Of a DNA stretch of 12,824 bases, positions 7,103-12,824 are shown in pieces. Origin of the DNA: a virus (Duplodnaviria > Heunggongvirae > Uroviricota > Caudoviricetes); IMG/VR virus record IMGVR_UViG_2740892209_000012; one strand, written 5' to 3'. The number at the start of each line of letters is the position of its first letter. The first letter of the stretch is position 1. The position numbers were made by a program, and so were the translations under genes. The notes under the pieces were generated by a model. It made no database searches, was not told where the DNA came from, and was given only the letters and a program-made list of their open reading frames with translations.

Positions 7103-7160
7103 GGCTTTTTTACGGGTCCTCCTGGCGGGGTGGGCCTGAACACGGGGCGGGAAGCGCGGA
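7103..7160 (+). other. Degenerate cos-like sequence (pseudo-cosQ/cosN), paralogous to the 9530-9606 region
   Basis: ACGGGTCCTCCTGG followed by GGGCGGGAAGCG (8 of 12 matches to cosN) and CGG-AAAAAAGCG; the preceding hairpin is near-identical to the one at 9530-9545. Confidence 0.35.
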
Positions 7161-7286
7161 AAAAAGCGCATTTTTGTGATTTTATCGTCATCATCATCAT
7201 GAGCGTAATTTATTGTTTTTAATTGTTTTGATGCAAAAAAGATGATGGTTGTGGTTAATTTTCGTTCGACATCTTTGCAGGCAGAT

Positions 7287-7327
7287 AAAAAAGCCCGATA
7301 AGGTCAGAGGTGGCTTATCGGGCTTTT
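7287..7327. terminator. Bidirectional-looking stem-loop (10-bp stem) flanked by A-run and T-run
   Basis: GCCCGATAAG (7293-7302) / CTTATCGGGC (7314-7323), with AAAAAA upstream and TTTT downstream. Confidence 0.45.
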
Positions 7328-7422
7328 GCATATGAGGCTTTTTGGTGCACTGACACACATGAGCGGGATCATCATTTCATAATTTGCAACACAACTCAAT
7401 ATCATTGCACAAAACGCAATCC

Positions 7423-7453
7423 TGATTATAATCAGAGCTGGATGAACATCCAG
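7423..7453. promoter_or_regulatory. Two adjacent palindromes upstream of the capsid operon (candidate operator/activator sites)
   Basis: Perfect palindrome TGATTATAATCA (7423-7434) and CTGGATG-AA-CATCCAG (7438-7453), about 35 bp upstream of the ATG at 7489. Confidence 0.35.
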
Positions 7454-7488
7454 TTATGATTTTTTAAGTCGAAGAGGAATTTCTTACT

Positions 7489-7695
7489 ATGGCTGAAGAG
7501 AAAAAAGGCGGTGTTTCGGTGTACATAAGCCCCGAAATCGTGGAGGTGCTCAAGCAGCGCCACAAAAAAAACTATGAGGCTGGCGTGGCGGCTGGACTGG
7601 ATCCGCTGATGACGCCGGAGCCGTCGATAGGTTCACTTGTACGCTCTTATTTACTTGCGGCGCTTGGGATGCATAAAAATTATGGGGGTGAATAA
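7489..7695 (+). CDS. Small hypothetical protein (68 aa), possibly ribbon-helix-helix-like, first gene of the capsid operon
   Basis: ATG 7489 with AGAGGA upstream; GVSVYISPEIVEVLKQ resembles an RHH beta-strand/helix start; stop overlaps the MCP start (TAATG). Confidence 0.55.
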   Translation: MAEEKKGGVSVYISPEIVEVLKQRHKKNYEAGVAAGLDPLMTPEPSIGSLVRSYLLAALGMHKNYGGE

Positions 7696-8750
7696 TGGCA
7701 GGCAAAGCAACGGCACTTAACACTAACCAGCTTTTCATGTACCTGAATCGCGGGGATATTGCGGATTTTAAATTCAGCCCTCTGTTTACTACGCTGTTTT
7801 TCCCGAACGTGGCGACATTCAGCACGCAAAACATCATGCTGGATACCCTGGACATTGAAGAAGTCACCATGTCGGCGTTTTGTTCGCCTATGGTGGGTAG
7901 CCAGGTTCAGCGCGATAAAGGGTACGAAACCAGCACGATTAAACCTGGCTACATGAAGCCAAAGCACGAAATCGATCCAACGAAAACCATCATGCGCATG
8001 GCTGGAGAAGATCCGGCACAGCTTAACGACCCTACCTATCGCCGTATGCGCCTGATTACTGGCAATATGCGCCGCCAGATAAACGCCATAAAAGCGCGCG
8101 TGGAATGGCTGGCGGTAAATGCGGTAACGACCGGAAAAAACATCATTGAGGGCGAAGGCATAGAGCGCTATGAAATCGACTGGAAGATACCGGAAAAAAA
8201 CATCATAGAGCAGGCCGACGGGAAAAAATGGTCAGAGCAGGACAAAGAAACCCACGATCCAATCTATGATATCGAACTATACGCCGATCAGGCTGGTTGC
8301 CCCGCAAACGTCATGATTATGGGCGCTGAGGTATGGCGAACGTTACGCAGCTTTAAAAAATTCCGTGAGCTGTACGATCTTTCCCGTGGTTCAGAATCCG
8401 CCGCCGAACTGGCCTGTAAAAACCTGGGCGAAGTGGTGAGCTTTAAAGGCTATCTTGGTGATCTGGCCCTTATCGTCTATTCCGGCAAATACACTGACAG
8501 CGATGGTACCGAAAAATATTTCCTTGAGCCTGATTTGCTGGTCCTGGGCAACACCAACAATAAAGGGCTGGTGGCCTATGGTGCGATAATGGATCAGGAA
8601 GCGGTAAGAACGGGCGCAACACAAAACATGTTTTACCCGAAAAACTGGATTGAGGACGGCGATCCGGCGATTGAGTACGTGCAGACGCACAGCGCACCGC
8701 AGCCGGTTCCGGCAGATATTCGCAAATTTGTTACCGTCAAAATTGGTTAA
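7695..8750 (+). CDS. Major capsid protein, lambda gpE-like
   Basis: 351 aa; multiple blocks align with recalled lambda E (FKFSPLF..LFF, PGYMKPKHE, EDPAQLNDPTYRRMR, WSEQDK..HDP, RSFK, LVLGNT..GL..YG, YPKNW...GDPA, SAP). Confidence 0.9.
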   Translation: MAGKATALNTNQLFMYLNRGDIADFKFSPLFTTLFFPNVATFSTQNIMLDTLDIEEVTMSAFCSPMVGSQVQRDKGYETSTIKPGYMKPKHEIDPTKTIMRMAGEDPAQLNDPTYRRMRLITGNMRRQINAIKARVEWLAVNAVTTGKNIIEGEGIERYEIDWKIPEKNIIEQADGKKWSEQDKETHDPIYDIELYADQAGCPANVMIMGAEVWRTLRSFKKFRELYDLSRGSESAAELACKNLGEVVSFKGYLGDLALIVYSGKYTDSDGTEKYFLEPDLLVLGNTNNKGLVAYGAIMDQEAVRTGATQNMFYPKNWIEDGDPAIEYVQTHSAPQPVPADIRKFVTVKIG

Positions 8751-8761
8751 CGGGGGATTCT

Positions 8762-9097
8762 ATGGACACTCCATACATTGAGTTATTTGCAGGCAGTCAG
8801 CAGGTCGCCACGACGCTGGTACATTTTGCCGCTGATGCTGGCGTTATTCAGGAATTTACCCCGCTGATGCTGGCGGACAATGGCGAGTTTAAGCCGTGGG
8901 ATGGTAAGGAATCTGGCAAGGCTGTTTATCTGACCTCGTACCCTGTGGACACGTCAAAGCAGAAATCAGCACAGTGTTACAAGACGGGGATATTCAATAT
9001 TGCCGCCGTTAACTGGCCTGAGAGCGTCGACACCGATGCGAAAAAATGCGCCGCCTTTGCGGGTTCCGGCGTATCCGTTCAGCCGCTGGCCCGATAA
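8762..9097 (+). CDS. Head decoration protein, lambda gpD-like
   Basis: 111 aa; C-terminal YKTGIFNIAAVNWPESVDTDAKKCAAFAGSGVSVQ resembles lambda D ([34 protein letters not shown]); GGGGGA Shine-Dalgarno; lies downstream of the E-like gene (order reversed relative to lambda). Confidence 0.8.
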   Translation: MDTPYIELFAGSQQVATTLVHFAADAGVIQEFTPLMLADNGEFKPWDGKESGKAVYLTSYPVDTSKQKSAQCYKTGIFNIAAVNWPESVDTDAKKCAAFAGSGVSVQPLAR

Positions 9098-9109
9098 GCA
9101 GGGGGAACG

Positions 9110-9523
9110 ATGGCAACGAATGAAAGCATCATGACGCTACCGCTGGCGAGTAAATTTAAAGCCGAAGCGCGGGCAATGGCTGACAGAGGTTTATCAACCT
9201 ATGAGGCCGTATATCAACTAAACAAACTGGAAGAGCAGGACAAGCCGCGCGCTGATGCGATTATGGCGCTTCATGAGCATAAAGACTATCAGCCGCTGTT
9301 GCGTGCAATGGCAAACGTGCCTTGTATCGATGTTGGTACGGCTAAAAGCATCCTTAGCATGACCATAGAGCAGGAGCGCCCAAAGGTTGCACCAGAGCTT
9401 ACCGCAGCCTTTGAAAACTTTATGGACATGCACAGCCCGCAAGCCGTATCAGCTGGCATGGCATACGATGGCAGAAACCAGGGCGATGACGGCGACATCG
9501 ATCGCATACTGAAAACCATCTGA
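9110..9523 (+). CDS. Hypothetical protein (137 aa), last gene of the capsid operon
   Basis: ATG 9110 with AGGGGGAA Shine-Dalgarno; protein-like composition; followed by a strong terminator. No family recognised. Confidence 0.7.
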   Translation: MATNESIMTLPLASKFKAEARAMADRGLSTYEAVYQLNKLEEQDKPRADAIMALHEHKDYQPLLRAMANVPCIDVGTAKSILSMTIEQERPKVAPELTAAFENFMDMHSPQAVSAGMAYDGRNQGDDGDIDRILKTI

Positions 9524-9529
9524 GACAAG

Positions 9530-9552
9530 GCCGGAGAAATCCGGCTTTTTTT
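9530..9552 (+). terminator. Rho-independent terminator immediately upstream of cos
   Basis: GCCGGA-GAAA-TCCGGC hairpin followed by TTTTTTT. Confidence 0.7.
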
Positions 9553-9640
9553 ACGGGTCCTTTCCGGCATATGGACCCGTTACGGGGCGGCGACCTCGCG
9601 GTTTTTCGCTATTTATGAGCCTTTTCAGGGGGGTGGTGGT
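9553..9640 (+). other. Lambda-type cohesive end site (cosQ-cosN-proximal cosB), forward orientation
   Basis: ACGGGTCCTTTCCGG (cosQ-like, matches recalled lambda right end), GTTACG then GGGCGGCGACCT (9585-9596, identical to the lambda 12-nt cohesive end), then CGCGGTTTTTCGCTATTTATGA (near-identical to the lambda left end start); located about 135 bp upstream of the Nu1-like gene. Confidence 0.8.
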
Positions 9641-9729
9641 GGTTTTGTTGTTTGCTCTATCTTTATGAATGAAAAGGGAAAGATGCAAACAATACACCAA
9701 CCTGAAGCAGTAATTAAGTTGGTGTATTA

Positions 9730-10272
9730 ATGAAATCGCACCTGATGAACAAAAAAAACATGGCGAAAAGCTGCCGTGTAAGTGCGACAGCGTTCGACAA
9801 GTGGGGAGTGACTCCCGTTGAACGTAAAGGCCGTGAGGCGTTTTACGATGTTGCCAGCGTGATAGACAATAGGGTTAACAATGCAATTAGCCAGCTTACA
9901 AACGACAAAGGCGATATTGATGATGATGAACTCTTACGAGTCAGGATCAGATTACTGACAGCACAGGCGGAGGCGCAGGAACTTAAAAACGAGCGCGATC
10001 GCGGTGACGTGATTGATACTGAGTTTTGCCTGTACGCGCTTTCAAAGCTGGCGAGTCAGATTTCATCAATCATGGACAGCCTCCCGCTTACTATGCAAAG
10101 GAGCTTCCCACAGATTACCCCCGCCATGCTGGATAGGCTTAAAAGGGAAGTGGTTAAAGCCTGTAATGCCAGTGCCAGAGTTGCCGACAACCTCCCACAG
10201 ATACTGGCTGATTACTTGAAAGAAACAACCGGAAACGTACCGGAAAAGTTGCTACAGAAGAAAGGCGAGTAA
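9730..10272 (+). CDS. Terminase small subunit, lambda Nu1-like
   Basis: 180 aa; LTAQAEAQELKNERDRGDVIDTEFCLYALSKLASQISSIMDSLPLTMQRSFPQ aligns with recalled lambda Nu1 (LTRAQADAQELKNARDSAEVVETAFCTFVLSRIAGEIASILDGLPLSVQRRFPE); the N-terminal NKK... region matches the Nu1 N-terminus; start may be ATG 9730 or ATG 9745. Confidence 0.85.
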   Translation: MKSHLMNKKNMAKSCRVSATAFDKWGVTPVERKGREAFYDVASVIDNRVNNAISQLTNDKGDIDDDELLRVRIRLLTAQAEAQELKNERDRGDVIDTEFCLYALSKLASQISSIMDSLPLTMQRSFPQITPAMLDRLKREVVKACNASARVADNLPQILADYLKETTGNVPEKLLQKKGE

Positions 10273-10274
10273 CA

Positions 10275-10500
10275 GACGCGCAATTATTGAACAAAACTGA
10301 GAAACGACATGAAAGCGTCATAAATCGCCATTTTAGATGATTACCGTGTCGTTTCTTTTTATTGTGTATCTATTTAAAAACAAATAGTTATGTTCGAGAA
10401 GTACCGACATGCTTTTTCCAGAAAAATTTTCATAAACAGATAAAAACCGCGAGGTCGCCGCCCCGTAACGGGCCATAATTCCAGGAAGGACCCGACGACA
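10275..10500 (-). other. Second lambda-type cos site in inverted orientation with extended lambda-like cosB
   Basis: The reverse complement reads cosQ-like CGGGTCCTTCCTGG, then GTTACG-GGGCGGCGACCT-CGCGGTTTTT (cosN on plus strand at 10452-10463), then TTTATGAAAATTTTT, CATAACTATTTGTTTTTAAATAGATA, AAAAAGAAACGACACGG and GTCGTTTCTCAGTTTTG, mirroring recalled lambda cosB blocks (R3/R2/R1 region). It shares a 36-bp inverted repeat with cos1 (9571-9606 vs 10442-10477, 1 mismatch). Confidence 0.7.
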
Positions 10501-10527
10501 CCAGACTATCAGAACGATGGGGGCACA

Positions 10528-10809
10528 ATGACAGAAGCCGAAATACTGCGATTAATCCGCCGCGTTGCCGGAATCAGCCAGCAGGCCGACGAACAGACCA
10601 CGCAGCCGGACAGCGTGACCGCCGAAAATTATGTTCGTGTGGTTGCTGAGGTGATTCGCCGTAATGGTATCCAGCTTAATGATGTGGATATGCGCAACAT
10701 ACGGATCCGCGTTCTTGAAATGCTGGCCTACAATCGCCGCGTGGCACTGTATCGGGAAACGGAGAAAATTACGTACCACTGGAAGAAGCCGGAGCGGTTG
10801 CGGCGGTAA
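10528..10809 (+). CDS. Hypothetical protein (93 aa)
   Basis: ATG 10528 with GGGGG Shine-Dalgarno; protein-like composition; starts 28 bp beyond the cos2 cosQ-like end. No family recognised. Confidence 0.6.
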   Translation: MTEAEILRLIRRVAGISQQADEQTTQPDSVTAENYVRVVAEVIRRNGIQLNDVDMRNIRIRVLEMLAYNRRVALYRETEKITYHWKKPERLRR

Positions 10810-10810
10810 C

Positions 10811-10977
10811 TGGTTGATATTTTCGAAATTCGCCAGCGGCGAACATCGGGGAAACCAGCCTAACCCGTTGATATTTTCGGGAACCTCAAATTGAAGAGGT
10901 CGGAAACATAACCCGTCATATTCTGGATGCTGATAATTACCACGCAGCCCATTAAGGCCTAACCCGTTGATTCTTCC
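10811..10977. repeat. Four direct repeats of a TAACCCGTTGATATTTTCGG-like unit at roughly 50-bp spacing (candidate integrase arm-type sites)
   Basis: Copies at 10811-10825 (partial), 10859-10880, 10907-10926 and 10957-10977, in the noncoding arm adjacent to attR. Confidence 0.45.
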
Positions 10978-11225
10978 ACAATCCCCCATTGGGGGAGGCT
11001 GGGCGGCCTGCTGTGGGCTTTTCCACCATTGGTGGAAAGGCGCACATCTGGATCATCATTACGGTGATCAAGGGTATGTAAAACCCACCAGCCTGATTGA
11101 CATTTAACCGGAAAAAAGCCAGGTAGCCCCGTTATGGGGATCCCCATATCGACATTAACGCCCCTCATGAATTGGCGCGCTTCCCCCTGGAAAGATGACC
11201 CGCCTGTATATTTCTTGTGTCTATT

Positions 11226-11282
11226 TGTTCCACGTTGTTTCATACAGTGCAACGATCGGTGTAGTTAATGGTGTAGTCAATT
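11226..11282. repeat. attR: right copy of attachment-site direct repeat
   Basis: 11247-11282 matches 192-227 (35 of 36); the upstream block 11226-11238 matches 171-183. Confidence 0.75.
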
Positions 11283-11363
11283 TGCGATTTTTAGCACTTT
11301 TTGCAGTGCAAATCATTTAATTAAATCAATGGCTTGCCTTGATGTAGTGATAAAAGGACATAT

Positions 11364-12824
11364 TTATTCATCTTTCGGCGCAGAATGCTGGCGACCAAAA
11401 ATCACCTCCATCCGCGCACCGCCCAGCATGCTCTCTCCGGCGACGATTTTACCCTCATATTGCTCGGTGATTTCGCGGGCTACCGCCAGCCCCACACCTT
11501 GCCCAGGGCGTAAAGTATCAACCCGTTGACCACGGTCGAAAATGACCTCTCGCTTGCTTAATGGAATACCGGGGCCATCATCCTCGACCACAATATAGAG
11601 ATGCTCGTCGGTTTGCCTTGCAGAAATTTCGACAAACTCGAGGCAATATTTACAGGCGTTATCCAGCACGTTGCCCATCACTTCGACAAAATCGTTCTGC
11701 TCACCAACAAAGCTGATTTCTGGCGAGATATCGAGAGAGATATTGACCCCTTTGCGTTGATACACTTTGTTCAGCGCCGAGGTGAGATTGTCCAACAGTG
11801 GCGCGACCGGATGCAGCTCGCGGCTAAGCAATGTCCCGCCGCGCATACTGGCACGATGCAGGTAGTAGCCAATTTGCTGTGAAATGCGGCTGATTTGCTC
11901 CAGCATTACCGGCTCAGCATCACTGACGCTCATCTTCTCACTACGCAGAGAACGCAGCGTACTTTGCAGCACCGCCAGTGGCGTTTTCAGACTATGGGTC
12001 AGGTCGGTGAGCGTTGTACGATATTTGTCGTAACGTTCGCGTTCACTTTTTAACAGTCGGTTCAGGTTTCGTACCAGACTGGTCAGTTCTCGCGTTGTGG
12101 CTGGATTGAGCAATTCACGGTTATGTTCTTCCAGTTCGCGGACTTCTTTTGCCAGGGCTTCGATGGGGCGTAAACTCCACCAGGCGGCGACCCACAGCAG
12201 CGGGATCACTAACAGCAGATTGGCTGAGAGCACATAGATAAACCAGCTCCAGACCATATAGGAACTTTTTAGCTCCACCGGAATGGTATCCACCACCACA
12301 ATGGTTAACTTTGGCATCCGCGATGTTGCCGGGTAGACGTTTACCGCCACCGAGTGGGTCATCTCCGCGTCGTCATCATCTTCCCGCACTTCCTGCAACT
12401 GTTGCTGTATCGAATGATCTCCACTCAGCAAGAGGCTGGTATCGTTAACATCCGCTTCAATTTCATGAAAACCATTCGATTTCAGCCAGTCAGGCTGGAT
12501 CATCTTCATCAGCCAGGGCACGTCACGTTGCGCCCATAAAAGCTGCCCGTTCTCATCATAAATTAGTGTCATCGTGGGGCTTTGCTTGTCGATATTTTCG
12601 GGTAACTCGACATGCAACTTATTGTTTTCCCACTTCGCAAGGGTATAGAACAGATTGCTCTCGCCACGTAACAGCCGAAACGTGGTTTTATCGAAACTGA
12701 CGCTATAACCGATCAGCGCAACCATTCCGTAGGCAAGCGAAAGCACCAATACTACTGCTGCCGTTGCTAACAGAAAACGTACCCGCAGCGAGAGCGGGAA
12801 AAAAAGATGCAGTAATTTTTTCAT
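11364..12824 (-). CDS. phoQ: Sensor histidine kinase PhoQ (PhoP/PhoQ two-component system), complete
   Basis: 486-aa product matching recalled E. coli PhoQ essentially throughout: N-terminal transmembrane segment, periplasmic acidic patch [11 protein letters not shown], second transmembrane segment, H-box [15 protein letters not shown]-binding boxes DDGPGIP and [12 protein letters not shown]; start codon at the window edge (12822-12824). Confidence 0.97.
   Translation of the reverse strand: MKKLLHLFFPLSLRVRFLLATAAVVLVLSLAYGMVALIGYSVSFDKTTFRLLRGESNLFYTLAKWENNKLHVELPENIDKQSPTMTLIYDENGQLLWAQRDVPWLMKMIQPDWLKSNGFHEIEADVNDTSLLLSGDHSIQQQLQEVREDDDDAEMTHSVAVNVYPATSRMPKLTIVVVDTIPVELKSSYMVWSWFIYVLSANLLLVIPLLWVAAWWSLRPIEALAKEVRELEEHNRELLNPATTRELTSLVRNLNRLLKSERERYDKYRTTLTDLTHSLKTPLAVLQSTLRSLRSEKMSVSDAEPVMLEQISRISQQIGYYLHRASMRGGTLLSRELHPVAPLLDNLTSALNKVYQRKGVNISLDISPEISFVGEQNDFVEVMGNVLDNACKYCLEFVEISARQTDEHLYIVVEDDGPGIPLSKREVIFDRGQRVDTLRPGQGVGLAVAREITEQYEGKIVAGESMLGGARMEVIFGRQHSAPKDE

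Larger units (their letters stand above)
171..11282. mobile_element. Integrated ~11.1-kb phage-satellite-like island (P4-like / PICI-like)
   Basis: Direct repeats at 171-227 and 11226-11282; integrase starts immediately inside the left repeat; gene content int, alpA, primase-helicase, iteron origin, ssb, capsid, cos, terS; intact phoQ lies just outside the right repeat. Confidence 0.8.

Noticed and set aside
6671-7200. Minus-strand ORFs antisense to ssb and across the pseudo-cos region
   Set aside because: Antisense to the SSB-like gene, or spanning a terminator and repeat DNA.
7695-10272. Intact lambdoid prophage head region
   Set aside because: No portal, protease/scaffold, large terminase, head-tail or tail genes fit in the available space, and the gene order differs from lambda; a satellite module is more consistent.
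10552-11252. Minus-strand ORFs 10552-10989 (145 aa) and 10959-11252 (97 aa) in the attR arm
   Set aside because: Overlap the supported 93-aa plus-strand gene or run through repeat/palindrome-rich noncoding DNA; Gly/Pro/Trp-rich junk-like translations. Uncertain but unsupported.

Overview
The window holds an ~11.1-kb integrated phage-satellite-like island (P4-like / PICI-like) inserted ~80 bp downstream of an intact phoQ (minus strand, 11364-12824). It is bounded by a ~57-bp imperfect direct repeat (171-227 and 11226-11282, with a 36-bp near-perfect core). Left to right it carries a P4-family tyrosine integrase, an AlpA-type regulator, a divergent promoter/operator region with GTGTAAGACA repeats, an Icd-like small ORF, a chain of small translationally coupled ORFs (partly AT-rich cargo), a primase/SF3-helicase-type replication protein followed by an iteron-rich origin, an SSB-like protein, a lambda gpE-like major capsid protein, a gpD-like decoration protein, and a lambda Nu1-like small terminase. 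The most unusual feature is that the terS gene is flanked by two lambda-type cos sites in inverted orientation, both with the 12-nt cosN GGGCGGCGACCT, plus a third degenerate cos-like copy after ssb. No portal, protease/scaffold, large terminase or tail genes are present, so the element looks helper-dependent while supplying its own capsid shell, decoration and DNA-recognition proteins. All calls rest on motif-level reading of the sequence and ORF track and on recalled reference sequences (lambda cos, Nu1, E, D; E. coli PhoQ, SSB); no database search or computation was possible.
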